DNA of 61,022 nucleotides, counting the filler. It is 5 parts of 5 records of this genome, joined end to end, with 100 filler letters (N's around TTAATTAATTAA, not from the genome) between each part and the next. Parts side by side here need not be neighbours in the genome. Positions count along the whole stretch, not along the records: positions 19,100 to 30,107 come from DRR723986_6205; positions 30,208 to 37,301 come from DRR723986_6212; positions 37,402 to 43,203 come from DRR723986_6214; 2 more parts are not named here. One strand, given 5' to 3'. Shown here in pieces: positions 28,806 to 39,000 of this stretch (position 1 is the stretch's first letter; every line of letters begins with the position of its first letter). The notes under the pieces are model-generated. The model had not been told where the DNA came from, searched no databases, and saw nothing but the letters and a program-made list of their open reading frames with translations. The translations under genes and the position numbers were made by a program.

Positions 28806-29810
28806 ATGGTTTTCAACAATACCGATTGGGTCTGGCAGGTTCGGGAAGACGTCCTTGAGCCGGAACGCGAGATTGTCGATCCGCACCACCATCTCTGGCC
28901 GAGCAAGGATATGGGCTACCAGGTGCCGGACCTGCTGGCCGATCTGACCAGTGGCCATAATGTGGTCCAGACCGTCTTCATGGAATGCGGCGCGGCCTAT
29001 CGGAAGGATGGGCCGGATTATCTGAAGCCGATTGGTGAGACCGTCTTTGTGACTGACTCTGCGGCCGAGATGAAAGCGAAGGGCGGGCCTTACATTGCCG
29101 CGCTCGTGGCACATGCAGATCTGCGTTTGCCACTGGAACAGCTGGATGAAGTCCTGGACGGCCATGTCGAAGAGTCGAAAGGCCTCTTCCGCGGTATTCG
29201 CCATGCGGGCTCGCGCGATGCGAGCGGGGCGACGCTCCGTATTCCCGGCCATGCACCGCCGCGCCTTTATGCCGAAGCGGATTTCCGGCGCGGTGTGCAG
29301 CATCTGGGGGAACGCGGTTTTACCTATGACACCTGGCACTATCACCACCAGAACCGGGACTATCTGGATCTTGCCAAGGCCTGTCCGGATACGACGATGA
29401 TTCTCGACCATTTCGGCACGCCGATTGGCGTGGGTCCTTACGAAGGCAAGCGGGATGAAATCTTTGAGGTCTGGAAAGATGAGATGGCCGCGATTGCCGA
29501 ATGCCCGAATGTCCATGCCAAGATTGGCGGGCTGGCCATGCCAGACAATGGCTTTGGCTGGGACAAGCGGGAGAGTCCTCCGACATCGGACGAGGTCGTA
29601 GAGCAGCATGAGCGCTGGTACGATCACATGATCAAATGCTTCGGTCCGAAACGCTGCATGTTCGAGAGCAACTTCCCGGTCGACCGTTGGTCGCTGAACT
29701 ATGTTGTCTACTGGAACGCCATGAAGAAGATCGCGGCGAAGTATCCGGAGGACGCGAAGGCAGCGATGTTCGCAGGCACGGCCCGTAAGGTCTATTCAGT
29801 CGAGGCGTAG
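28806..29810 (+). CDS. Amidohydrolase family protein (Amidohydro_2/lactonase-like)
   Basis: GGAGG RBS; IVDPHHHLW, FRGIRH, ILDHFGTP, RCMFESNFPVD. Confidence 0.9.
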   Translation: MVFNNTDWVWQVREDVLEPEREIVDPHHHLWPSKDMGYQVPDLLADLTSGHNVVQTVFMECGAAYRKDGPDYLKPIGETVFVTDSAAEMKAKGGPYIAALVAHADLRLPLEQLDEVLDGHVEESKGLFRGIRHAGSRDASGATLRIPGHAPPRLYAEADFRRGVQHLGERGFTYDTWHYHHQNRDYLDLAKACPDTTMILDHFGTPIGVGPYEGKRDEIFEVWKDEMAAIAECPNVHAKIGGLAMPDNGFGWDKRESPPTSDEVVEQHERWYDHMIKCFGPKRCMFESNFPVDRWSLNYVVYWNAMKKIAAKYPEDAKAAMFAGTARKVYSVEA

Positions 29811-29884
29811 GGTCAGCCCAGAACGTTCGCCCGGCATGGCGGCTGCCATCCGGTGCGAGGAGCTTAATTCGGAAGAGGGCTCGA

Positions 29885-30106
29885 CTAAGGCGGACCAAGC
29901 ACGTGTCGCCTATGTTCATTCCGGACGAGGCCATGACTATAGATGACCAATCCGGATTTATCCGGATCATGACGGACGAAGCCGGACTGCGTGCCCGCGC
30001 AGGCGGGCACATCGCTGCGAAGGGCAGGATGCTCCCATGCCGCAAGGCGCGGGGCTTCATATGTGTAGAGATCATCAGGCGGCGGGGCATCGGCCACATA
30101 GGTGAG
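29885..30106 (-). CDS. C-terminal fragment of a hypothetical protein (5' truncated by contig edge)
   Basis: Frame open from the linker to TAG at 29885; no recognisable motif. Confidence 0.35.
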   Translation of the reverse strand, partial: LTYVADAPPPDDLYTYEAPRLAAWEHPALRSDVPACAGTQSGFVRHDPDKSGLVIYSHGLVRNEHRRHVLGPP

Positions 30107-30107
30107 C

Positions 30108-30207
30108 NNNNNNNNNNNNNNNNNNNNNNNNNNNNNNNNNNNNNNNNNNNNTTAATTAATTAANNNNNNNNNNNNNNNNNNNNNNNNNNNNNNNNNNNNN
30201 NNNNNNN
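30108..30207. other. Artificial contig linker
   Basis: N44-TTAATTAATTAA-N44. Confidence 0.99.
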
Positions 30208-30852
30208 GGTCATGGCGCCGTAGCCCCATGTGTTCGCTACGCCGGCAACCGTCGTGGAGTGGCAGATGCGGGCCTGGTGGTCGACGTTGTTCGTTCCCCA
30301 GTAGCCTGCAAACTTGCGGAAGAGATAAGCCTGCTCGTTACTGTGCTTGGCCGAGCCGAGCCAGTAGACGCTGTCCGGACCGCTTTCTTCGCGGATCTGC
30401 AGCATCTTGTCGCCGATCTCGTTGATCGCCTCGTCCCAGCTGATCCGCTTCCACTCTCCGCCTTCCTTTTTCATCGGATATTTCAGGCGGCGCTCGCCAT
30501 GAGCGTGTTCGCGGACAGAAGCTCCCTTGGCGCAGTGGGCACCCAGGTTGAACGGGCTGTCCCAACCGGGCTCCTGCCCGATCCAGACTCCGCTGGAAAC
30601 TTCGGCGATGACGGTACAGCCAACGGAACAGTGCGTGCAGATCGACTTGACGGTCTTCACGGCATCGCCGGTGGATTGTGCCTTGGCTTTGGTGACCGTT
30701 CCTCCGGTCACGGTAATGGCGGCCAGGCCGCCTGCGGCAAGACCGGATCCCTTAAGGAACGTACGGCGGTCTACCGACTTGTGTGCAGCGTCTTTCAGGA
30801 TACTTGCACCTTGGGGGCGTCGCGCAACCCCATTGGTCTTTTTCCTAAGCAT
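30208..30852 (-). CDS. Formate dehydrogenase alpha subunit, N-terminal part (Tat-exported, Cys-type)
   Basis: DRRTFLK Tat motif; CTHCSVGC...CAKG 4Fe-4S motif; NNVDHQARICHSTT with Cys as Mo/W ligand; truncated by linker. Confidence 0.93.
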
Positions 30853-30956
30853 ATTGCCCTACCTTGCTTGTATCAGAACCTGATACGGCTGGGTTATTTG
30901 TGAACCGGCGTCCGGGCGTCACGCAACCATGGCCGGGGAAGTCTCACAGGGTCCAG

Positions 30957-31157
30957 TTAGAACCGGGCGCTGTCGTAGTAGGCACGGGTATGAACCGTGT
31001 CCTGCATCTTGTCGGAAGCCAGGTCCGGTTCAGCCGCCTCAGCGGTGGTTCCGGCGGTTACCGTGGTCACGGCAACCGGGGCAGAAATCGCCGCCAGCTT
31101 CAGGAAGTCCCGGCGGCCTGTACCCTCTTCGGGGCTTGCCGTTTCGGGTCGTTTCAT
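30957..31157 (-). CDS. Small twin-arginine-motif protein of formate dehydrogenase clusters
   Basis: GAGGAGG RBS; GRRDFLK; C-terminal DTVHTRAYYDSARF. Confidence 0.8.
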   Translation of the reverse strand: MKRPETASPEEGTGRRDFLKLAAISAPVAVTTVTAGTTAEAAEPDLASDKMQDTVHTRAYYDSARF

Positions 31158-31215
31158 TGTCGCATTCCTCCTCTCGCAGATGGATGGCCAAGCCACCCCA
31201 TTTCAGATGCAACCG

Positions 31216-31824
31216 TCAGTTCGAGATCATGTCGAAGCCCTGTGCCTCGATTTCCATGAACTGGCGCCCCAACGATCCGACAGCACCGTAGAACACCGAT
31301 GTTCCAGCCGCTTCCAGATCAGTGAAGAAATGTATCGCCCAAGGTTCCACATGGGCGTTGAAGAAACTCTTCTGTTCGCTGAGAGACGTCACCTTGCCGA
31401 AACGGCCGAGGATCATCCCCGCCATCATCTCCATCAGCGATGCGATGTTGTCTTCCGGCTCGTGCTTGTCTTCAGCGCGCTCGATCCCGCGTTCCGCCAT
31501 GTCCTGGCGCAGCTTTGCGAGAGGCTTTTCGTTGAGGAACCCTGTCAGATAATAGCTGGCGTATGGCAGCAGCTCACCGCGCCCGAGACCGACGAAAAGG
31601 GCATTGAATTCACGCTCGGCCGTCGCCGGCGTCGTTACCGCCGCAATTCTGGCAAGAACATTGAGGGCATTGCCGAGGGGCGTATCACCACCCTGCAGGC
31701 CTGCAATCTGCTCGAGCAGTTCGGCTCCGGCCGGGCGCGCAAGCACCAGTGCCAGAAAGTCGTATAATTCGGACCGGGCCTGATCTTCCGGTTCGATAAT
31801 GAATTCCCTCGCCACAACGGCCAT
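31216..31824 (-). CDS. TorD/DmsD family molybdoenzyme chaperone
   Basis: EFNALFVGLGRGELLPYASYY, EPEDNIA, FFNAHVEPW. Confidence 0.9.
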   Translation of the reverse strand: MAVVAREFIIEPEDQARSELYDFLALVLARPAGAELLEQIAGLQGGDTPLGNALNVLARIAAVTTPATAEREFNALFVGLGRGELLPYASYYLTGFLNEKPLAKLRQDMAERGIERAEDKHEPEDNIASLMEMMAGMILGRFGKVTSLSEQKSFFNAHVEPWAIHFFTDLEAAGTSVFYGAVGSLGRQFMEIEAQGFDMISN

Positions 31825-31887
31825 TCGAGCCTTTTCCTCCCACACACGCGGTGCTTTTCTGGCGCAAAAACTTCTTAGACTTTAGTA

Positions 31888-32562
31888 TTAATCAAAGTCG
31901 AAACGCATTCGGCGCCGTTTCGGCAGGCGCTCTTCTTCGGCTTCGACCAGTGCTGTTTCATCAGACACAATAGTTCCAATTTCACTAATTTGCACCTTCT
32001 CGTCTCTTTGCGTCAATCGAATAGATGTTTTTCCATTTTCGACATAAGTATGCTGCGCTGCAGCAAGTTGTTCCGATTGCGGCGCAGCAGAATCACTTTG
32101 CCCGGAAAGTACTTCACCTTCTCCGGCCAGCGTAGCGTCCGAGTTTTCGTCCGGCCCCGTTTCAGAGATTTTTTTCAAGAATCCACGACCAACTTCATAG
32201 GCGGTCTTCACCACCTGACCGGCGGTCGATGCATCGGTAAAATCATCGTCATAATCGTTCAGGCCATCGAGATTGGCGAGAACGGGATTGGACAGCCACA
32301 AACGGCGCAATGCCCTCCGGCGCAGACGCTCCGGCACGGTCTTGGCCAGAAACTGCGTGAAATCGTCGTCCTTCTGCAGGCTGTCGGGATCAGGCAATCC
32401 AAGTTCTTCCAGGATTTCCGCGTCGGTCTTTTCTTCCAGCTCGACCCGTTTCGCGGTTTCAAGCTCAGCGTCCCGGCGCTCGACCTCCGCGGCTTCGGCC
32501 TCTCGAACCGCTGCCTTGCGCCTTGACCAGAAATCCATTGGCTTGTCGTCGCCGGAGCTCAC
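31888..32562 (-). CDS. DUF3306-like protein
   Basis: DFWSRRKAAV, LGLPDPDSL, LRRRALRRLWLSNPVLANLDGLNDYDDDFT. Confidence 0.85.
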   Translation of the reverse strand: MSSGDDKPMDFWSRRKAAVREAEAAEVERRDAELETAKRVELEEKTDAEILEELGLPDPDSLQKDDDFTQFLAKTVPERLRRRALRRLWLSNPVLANLDGLNDYDDDFTDASTAGQVVKTAYEVGRGFLKKISETGPDENSDATLAGEGEVLSGQSDSAAPQSEQLAAAQHTYVENGKTSIRLTQRDEKVQISEIGTIVSDETALVEAEEERLPKRRRMRFDFD

Positions 32563-33128
32563 TGCAGTGTGTCCTTCTTGCGGGTGCCGGGCGCCCGGTA
32601 TACGTCGGCAAGCTGCCGGATGCGCGGATCACCTATGCCTTCTTCCTCCAGGTCGATCCGGTGCTTGTCGCGCTGACGCTTGTAGAAGATTTCCTCTTCG
32701 TGGTGCTTGTCAACGAATTCCCGGACCCAGGCAATCAGCCCTGGCGGCATTGGCACCTTCTCGACAAAGACCTCGGCGGAATCCGCGTAATCCAGGCCTT
32801 CATGGGCAGACGCTGTCATGTGCAGCACCTCAATGGGGATCGCCGGTGCCAGCTCCGGGGCAGCCCGCATCACCACGTAGACAGAGGGAACCTTGTCGGA
32901 CAGGGCAATCAGATAGGCTTCGGTCTGGGTGCGATGCAGCTCCAGGCTCAAGGTCGTCGCGTGGTATTCGATCGCATCGCCTTCAGCCCGCAGCATTTTC
33001 CAGTCCGCAGGCGCGGCCCCCGGCAGCAGGGACACCGGCAGCCAGGTCCACTTCTGCCAGCGCGTTACGCCGGGCAGCCTGCGCACCACAACCCCCACCG
33101 GCATGACGCGCGTTCTTTCCCTAGTCAC
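32559..33128 (-). CDS. DUF3305-like protein
   Basis: MPVGVVVRR..TRWQKW, LELHRTQTEAY, VEKVPMP, FYKRQRD; overlaps the DUF3306 start. Confidence 0.85.
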   Translation of the reverse strand: MTRERTRVMPVGVVVRRLPGVTRWQKWTWLPVSLLPGAAPADWKMLRAEGDAIEYHATTLSLELHRTQTEAYLIALSDKVPSVYVVMRAAPELAPAIPIEVLHMTASAHEGLDYADSAEVFVEKVPMPPGLIAWVREFVDKHHEEEIFYKRQRDKHRIDLEEEGIGDPRIRQLADVYRAPGTRKKDTLQ

Positions 33129-33232
33129 GAACCACCTACCTCCCCGTCCGCCGGTTCAATCCGACTCTGTTTTGATGTTACGTAAAATGCTGTAGCAAGC
33201 GACATAAATTTCAAGCCCCGCAGAAGTCGAAC

Positions 33233-33284
33233 TTGACGCGCGCCTTTCCGCGCCCTTGTTATGGGGTTCGGTATTGTCTGACAA
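33233..33284 (+). promoter_or_regulatory. Sigma70-like promoter with a palindromic operator TTGTCTGACAA
   Basis: TTGACG near 33233, TGTTAT at 33257-33262, then palindrome TTGTC-T-GACAA at 33274-33284 (GntR/FadR-like). Confidence 0.45.
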
Positions 33285-33334
33285 ATCACAAGAGAATCGG
33301 TTTCGGACGATCCGGGGGAGAGGACGCGCACACA

Positions 33335-35299
33335 ATGACGCAACCAAGGCTTCTGCTTTGCGATTGCCTGAATACACAGGCTATTGACGCCGGGCTTATC
33401 GAACAGGCAACGGGACTGACCTGTTCGAAAATCCACACGCAACTTTGCCGCGGCGAAGCAGCGCAGGCTGCCGAAGCGCTTCAGGCGGGCAATGTCATCA
33501 TTGCGTGTCAGCAGGAACGCCAAGCATTCGAGGATCTGGCCGCAGACCTTGAAGCGGACGAACCTCTTTTTGTCGATCTGCGCGACCGAGCCGGTTGGAC
33601 CGCCGACACCCGCAGCACGTCTCCCAAGATGGCCGCGCTGCTCGCCGAATCGATCTTGCCGACACCCGGTGCAAAGGTCGTGGACGTCACCTCGGAGGGC
33701 ACCTGCCTCATCCTTGGCGACAGCGAAGCTGCGCTTACCGCGGCAGACCATCTTTGCGAGCTCCTGAGCGTTACAGTCATTCTCGACCCTGCCGACGAAT
33801 TGCCTCTTGCCGACGACCGGCGCTTCGACATCGTGCGCGGCCGGGTAACAACAGCAACAGGTGCGCTTGGCCACTTCAAGGTCGGTTTCGATGCCCTGCA
33901 GGAACGCATTCCCGGTGGGCGGGGCGCGTTCAACTGGACAGATCCCAAGAGCGGCGGGCGCACGGAATGCGACATCGTGCTGGACCTCCGCCGGGGGCAG
34001 CCGCTCTTTCCCGCACCGGAAAAGCGGGAAGGCTACCTGCGGGCAGACCCGGGCAATTCCGGCGCGTTCACCAAGGCGCTCCTGGATGCCTCACAACTTG
34101 TCGGCACCTTCGAAAAGCCGCTCTACGTTCGTCTGGACGAGCAGCTCTGCGCTCACTCCAGGGCCCGCAAAACAGGCTGCACGCGCTGCCTGGATCTTTG
34201 CCCAACCGGTGCCATCAGCCCTGGCGGCGACAGTGTTGCGGTCGATACGATGGTCTGCGCCGGCTGTGGGAGCTGTTCGGCGGTCTGTCCGTCCGGTGCC
34301 ATCAGCTACGATGCTCCTCCGGTCAGCCACACCTTCCAGCGCCTGCAAACGCTGGCGGCGACCTGGCGCAAGCTCAGCTCCGACGCACCGCGCCTGCTCG
34401 TTCACGACAGCAACCACGGCGCCGAGCTGATCCGCCTGGGTGCGCGCTACGGCAAGGGCTTGCCGGCGGACGTCATTCCGCTGGAGATGGAAGCCATCGC
34501 CAGCTTTGGCCATACGGAAACCCTGGCAGCACTTGCCTGCGGCTTCGCCGACGTGACCGTGTTGCTATCACCTGCCACGGAAAAGGAGGGCATGCCCTTC
34601 CAGGCCGACCTCTCCAATGTGATCGCCGGCGAAGACCGCGTCTGCCTCATCACCCCGTCCGATCCGGACGAGCTGGAAGAAATCCTCTACCGCGAACAGT
34701 CTCCGGTTACCGCCAAGCAGCCGATCCTGCCCCTTGGCTCCCGCCGGCAAATCACGCGCCTCGCCGCCAAAACGCTCAACGAGCCGGGCAAGGTCATCCC
34801 GCTTCCGGAAGGAGCACCCTATGGCTCGGTTGTCCTTGACCAGGACGCCTGCACGCTGTGCCTGTCCTGCGTGTCGCTCTGCCCGTCCGGCGCCCTGAAG
34901 GAAAATCCCGATGCGCCGCAGCTGCGCTTTCAGGAGGATGCCTGCCTTCAGTGCGGCATCTGCACGACAATCTGCCCGGAAAAGGCCCTGACACTGGATC
35001 CGAGACTTGATCTTTCGGACGACGCATTGCGCGCCAGGGTGCTGAAGGAAGAAGAGCCGTTCAACTGCGTTGAATGCAGCAAGCCATTCGGTGTTCGGTC
35101 AACAGTGATGAGACTGACGGAAAAGCTCGCCGGCAAACACGCCATGTTCCAGGACAACAAGGCCATACAGCTCATACAGATGTGCGACGACTGCCGGGTG
35201 AACGCCGTCTACCATTCGCAAAACAACCCGTTCGCCTCCGCCGAGCGCCCACGTGTTCGCACGACGGACGACTACATCAGCAAGCGGCGTGATCATTGA
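33335..35299 (+). CDS. Poly-ferredoxin 4Fe-4S protein of formate dehydrogenase clusters
   Basis: CTRCLDLCP, CAGCGSCSAVCP, CTLCLSCVSLCP, CLQCGICTTICP, CVECSKPF; GAGAGGA RBS. Confidence 0.9.
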   Translation: MTQPRLLLCDCLNTQAIDAGLIEQATGLTCSKIHTQLCRGEAAQAAEALQAGNVIIACQQERQAFEDLAADLEADEPLFVDLRDRAGWTADTRSTSPKMAALLAESILPTPGAKVVDVTSEGTCLILGDSEAALTAADHLCELLSVTVILDPADELPLADDRRFDIVRGRVTTATGALGHFKVGFDALQERIPGGRGAFNWTDPKSGGRTECDIVLDLRRGQPLFPAPEKREGYLRADPGNSGAFTKALLDASQLVGTFEKPLYVRLDEQLCAHSRARKTGCTRCLDLCPTGAISPGGDSVAVDTMVCAGCGSCSAVCPSGAISYDAPPVSHTFQRLQTLAATWRKLSSDAPRLLVHDSNHGAELIRLGARYGKGLPADVIPLEMEAIASFGHTETLAALACGFADVTVLLSPATEKEGMPFQADLSNVIAGEDRVCLITPSDPDELEEILYREQSPVTAKQPILPLGSRRQITRLAAKTLNEPGKVIPLPEGAPYGSVVLDQDACTLCLSCVSLCPSGALKENPDAPQLRFQEDACLQCGICTTICPEKALTLDPRLDLSDDALRARVLKEEEPFNCVECSKPFGVRSTVMRLTEKLAGKHAMFQDNKAIQLIQMCDDCRVNAVYHSQNNPFASAERPRVRTTDDYISKRRDH

Positions 35300-35315
35300 A
35301 CCGGATGAGACAAGA

Positions 35316-36128
35316 TCACTGGTACTGTATGGGGGCTCCGAGGTCGGCTGGCGGAATGCGGGATACGAACGCAAGGATCGCCTCGAGCTCTTCAAGCGTC
35401 ATCTGCACCGGCACGATCGGCGATGGCCTGCTTATGTCGAAGGGTTCGGTAACGCCGTCGATCACCGTGAAAGCGGGATGCGGATTGAGGGCAAAAAAAG
35501 CCTCGAACCGCATTTGCCAGTCGGAGAAACTGCGCATCACCGCGAAGGAAGGCGATGAACCGATTGTCGTAAGGCGCGTCGCCTCGTTGACCATGTGGCA
35601 CCGTCCGCAATGGAGCACGGCCAGTTCCTCGCCTCGGACCGCATCGCCGGACAGGACGACCGGACCATCGTCCTCCACCTGTTCGAGCGCTGCGGTGAAC
35701 ACCTGCTTGCCGTTTTCCTCGAAAGCATCAACCGTGCGCCTGCCGATGTCCCCGGTCAGCCAGTCCCGGAAGCGGATCGCGTGTTCGTTGGTTTCCTCAT
35801 GGGTCATGAGGAACCAGGTCTTGCCAAGACCGGAGAAAACAGCAACCCCGGAAGCGCCTTCCGAAAGACTGAGTTCGGAGGTTTCCGTGTCACCCACGAT
35901 TTCGATACGGATCCCGGTCTTGAGCGAAAAGCGCGGCAGCAGATACTGGAGGAAGCCGGTTTCCGCAATCGCGTTTGGCACGCCCATCCGGAAAGACCGC
36001 GATTGCGCGATCCCCGGCTTATGGAACAGGATGCCGACCGACAGGGCAACGGCAAGTAATATCAAGGCACGGCAGCCCACGCGCTCCTCCCTCACGTTGC
36101 TGGCCAGATCCGCTAGGGTAGGTTTCAA
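35316..36128 (-). CDS. Periplasmic protein with a C-terminal c-type cytochrome domain
   Basis: Signal-like N-terminus; CGRCH heme-binding motif preceded by GDAVRGEEL. Confidence 0.75.
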   Translation of the reverse strand: MKPTLADLASNVREERVGCRALILLAVALSVGILFHKPGIAQSRSFRMGVPNAIAETGFLQYLLPRFSLKTGIRIEIVGDTETSELSLSEGASGVAVFSGLGKTWFLMTHEETNEHAIRFRDWLTGDIGRRTVDAFEENGKQVFTAALEQVEDDGPVVLSGDAVRGEELAVLHCGRCHMVNEATRLTTIGSSPSFAVMRSFSDWQMRFEAFFALNPHPAFTVIDGVTEPFDISRPSPIVPVQMTLEELEAILAFVSRIPPADLGAPIQYQ

Positions 36129-36172
36129 TCGGGCGAGCCGTCAATGTGCGCCGCATTCAACAGGAGAATAAG

Positions 36173-36367
36173 ATGAGCGAAGATTTCAACATGTCCATGC
36201 GCAAGTTCCTGAAGCAGGTCGGTGTGACCTCGCAGCAGGCCATCGAAAATGCGGTGCGCGAAGCTGGCCCGAATGCGGGAAAATCCTTCAAGGTGAAAGC
36301 TGTCGTGACGATCGAGGAACTCGGTCTCGAGCACGTGGTCACCGGCGAAATCGAGGGGCAGGACTAA
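36173..36367 (+). CDS. DUF6494-like small protein
   Basis: AGGAG RBS; FNMSMRKFLKQVGVTSQQAIE. Confidence 0.75.
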   Translation: MSEDFNMSMRKFLKQVGVTSQQAIENAVREAGPNAGKSFKVKAVVTIEELGLEHVVTGEIEGQD

Positions 36368-36368
36368 C

Positions 36369-37301
36369 GTGTCACTGACGCGCGAAACCGCCCTGTCGGT
36401 TCTGAAGACGATCAAGGATCCGGCCTCCGGCGAGGACATTGCCGCCTCGGGCATGATGCGGGCACTGCAGGTCAATGGCGGTACGGTCCGCTTCGTTCTG
36501 GAGATCGACCCGCGGCGCATGGCCGAGATGGAAGTTCTGAAACGCGAAGCGGAAACGAAGCTCGAAGCGCTGGAAGGCTGTGAAAGCGTTCAGGTGATCC
36601 TGACGTCCCATGCGGACCAGCCGGCCGCGCAGGCCACCAAACCCGCAGCGTCCAAACCGTCCGAACCGCAGCCGATCCGGGCGAAACCGGCGGCACCGGG
36701 CACAACCGGGCCGCAGAAGGTGCCTGGCATCGACCGGGTGATCGCGGTTGCCTCGGGCAAGGGCGGCGTCGGCAAGTCGACCGTGGCTGCCAATCTTGCC
36801 TGTGCGCTGGCCGCCGAAGGTCGCAGGGTGGGTCTGCTGGATGCCGACGTATACGGTCCGTCGCAGCCCAAGATGCTTGGCATCTCCGGGCGTCCGACCT
36901 CGCCGGATGGCCAGATGATCCTGCCGCTGCGCAACCACGGCGTCACCATGATGTCCATCGGCCTCATGACATCGGGCGACGAGGCAGTTGCCTGGCGCGG
37001 GCCGATGCTGATGGGTGCTCTGCAGCAGATGATGACCCAGGTGCAATGGGGGGCGCTCGATGCGCTGATCGTCGACCTGCCGCCCGGCACCGGCGATGTC
37101 CAGATGACACTTTGCCAGAAGTTCGCCGTCGACGGCGCCATCATCGTTTCGACACCGCAGGACGTTGCCCTGATCGATGCCCGCAAGGGCATCAGCATGT
37201 TCGAGCAGATGCAGGTTCCGCTTATCGGCATGATCGAGAACATGTCGACCCACATCTGCTCCAACTGCGGCCATGAGGAACACGTCTTCGGCCATGGCGG
37301 C
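36369..37301 (+). CDS. apbC: Mrp/NBP35 (ApbC) Fe-S cluster carrier ATPase, 3' truncated
   Basis: VASGKGGVGKST, LDADVYGPS, WRGPML, DLPPGTGD, ENMSTHICSNCG. Confidence 0.92.
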
Positions 37302-37401
37302 NNNNNNNNNNNNNNNNNNNNNNNNNNNNNNNNNNNNNNNNNNNNTTAATTAATTAANNNNNNNNNNNNNNNNNNNNNNNNNNNNNNNNNNNNNNNNNNN
37401 N
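37302..37401. other. Artificial contig linker
   Basis: N44-TTAATTAATTAA-N44. Confidence 0.99.
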
Positions 37402-37402
37402 C

Positions 37403-38938
37403 AATGGCCATTGGATCGGTGGCTTGGGAACACTCGAGGGAGACATTACCCGGCACTGGAACTACCCCTATCTGTTCCAGTTTTCGCCCGACCTGCTTAT
37501 CCCTGGTAACAACACCTTGCTGATTCAGGTTGCAGGCTACAAAAACTACCGAAGCGGACTGGGCAGGGTATGGCTGGGGCCCAACAGCGTACTGGAACCC
37601 ATGTATGAATCGTCGTATCGCTGGCAAGTGACCGGGTCGATGCTGGCCACGCTGGTGGCCTTTGCCAGTGGTGTGCTTCTGCTGTTATTTGCCAGGGTTT
37701 TTCGGGAACAGGAAGGTTTCCTGTTTTTCAGCCTTGCCGTGATCGTTTTTGCAGCACGTAACACAGGCTATTTCATGGACTGGATTCCACTGCCCCACGC
37801 GCAGTGGGGACAGCTGGTGCACAGTCTGCATGCCTGGTTTGCCTGTCTGTACGGGCTGTTTTTAATACGGTACATGAACCTGGGGTGGAAGTGGATTCCC
37901 AGAGGACTGGTGGCCTACGCAATAGCAGTGTCGCTGATCACACTCGCTGCAGGCAGTGAGCAAATACTGAATTTCACATTCTGGCTGCTGTTGCCGGTAA
38001 TCCCGCTGGTGTTCATTCTGAATGTGCTGCTGTTAACTTATTCATGGCGCCTTCAAAATTTTGAGGCTGCGATACTGGGCTGCAGCTCTCTGCTCTTTGT
38101 TCTGCTCAGCATTCGTGATTTGGCCACGATGCTGAACCTGCTGCCCATTGAGTCGGTGTTGCTGTCGCAGTACACCGGCATCCTGTTGTTCGTATCGGCT
38201 TGTTGGGTGATTTTCAGGCGTTATCGCGCCTTGTTGCTGGAATTGAAAGCCTCCAACGACTCGCTGAATTCAGAACTGGCCATTCGCGAACAACAGCTGT
38301 TTCGACAATTTAATTTGCTGCGCAAAATTGAGCAGCAACGCGCTCAGGACGATGAGCGTCGGCGCATTATGCAAGACATTCACGATGGGGTCGGTTCCAG
38401 TTTGGTGTCGGCCCTGAACCTGAGTGAGACAAAGCCGCTGAGCCAGGATGAAATGCGCGATGTATTGCAGGAGTGCCTCGATGATTTGCGCATGGCGATT
38501 GATTCACTCGACCCGCAAAGCGACGACCTCTTGGCGCTGTTGGGTAACTTCAGATGGCGGTATGAACGCCGCCTGAAAGCCAGTGGCGTCACATTGTTGT
38601 GGAGTGTGGCAGACATTCCGAAACTGGAGGGCTACAGCTCTCGTGACTTGTTCGACTTGCTGCGAATCGTGCAGGAAATTTTTGCCAACAGCCTCAAACA
38701 TGCCAAAGCCAGCAAGATTGAATTGAGTGTGCGATGGGATGAGGCCAACGACAAAGTGTTGCTGAACATCAGCGACAACGGTGTGGGCATGCCTCACAAC
38801 ACACTGGGGCGCGGACGTGGTTTGGCACACATGAAAATTCGGGCCAAAGCCATTCGAATCGAGCTTTATACCGGGCGCAACAGCCAGGAACAAGGCGTGG
38901 CAGTGTTCATGGCCATTCCCAGAATGCGTAGAAAGTAA
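37403..38938 (+). CDS. Multi-TM sensor histidine kinase (NarX/HisKA_3 type), 5' truncated
   Basis: About 7 TM helices; ERRRIMQDIHDGVG H-box; QEIFANSLKHA N-box; DNGVG and GRGLAHM G-boxes. Confidence 0.9.
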   Translation, partial: NGHWIGGLGTLEGDITRHWNYPYLFQFSPDLLIPGNNTLLIQVAGYKNYRSGLGRVWLGPNSVLEPMYESSYRWQVTGSMLATLVAFASGVLLLLFARVFREQEGFLFFSLAVIVFAARNTGYFMDWIPLPHAQWGQLVHSLHAWFACLYGLFLIRYMNLGWKWIPRGLVAYAIAVSLITLAAGSEQILNFTFWLLLPVIPLVFILNVLLLTYSWRLQNFEAAILGCSSLLFVLLSIRDLATMLNLLPIESVLLSQYTGILLFVSACWVIFRRYRALLLELKASNDSLNSELAIREQQLFRQFNLLRKIEQQRAQDDERRRIMQDIHDGVGSSLVSALNLSETKPLSQDEMRDVLQECLDDLRMAIDSLDPQSDDLLALLGNFRWRYERRLKASGVTLLWSVADIPKLEGYSSRDLFDLLRIVQEIFANSLKHAKASKIELSVRWDEANDKVLLNISDNGVGMPHNTLGRGRGLAHMKIRAKAIRIELYTGRNSQEQGVAVFMAIPRMRRK

Positions 38939-38961
38939 GCGGGGCAGATGAGTCATTTCGG

Positions 38962-38995
38962 CAGTGAAGTGCACCACCGCAGAAGCACTTCACTG
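38962..38995. terminator. 11-bp perfect inverted repeat between convergent genes
   Basis: CAGTGAAGTGC (38962-38972) / GCACTTCACTG (38985-38995); no clear U-tract. Confidence 0.55.
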
Positions 38996-39000
38996 AGCGC

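Noticed and set aside
27162-29627. 821-aa minus-strand ORF
   Set aside because: Antisense shadow of the hypothetical gene, mipZ and the amidohydrolase in high-GC DNA; no recognisable motifs
30208-30852. Selenocysteine in the formate dehydrogenase alpha subunit
   Set aside because: The active-site codon is Cys (RICH); there is no in-frame TGA
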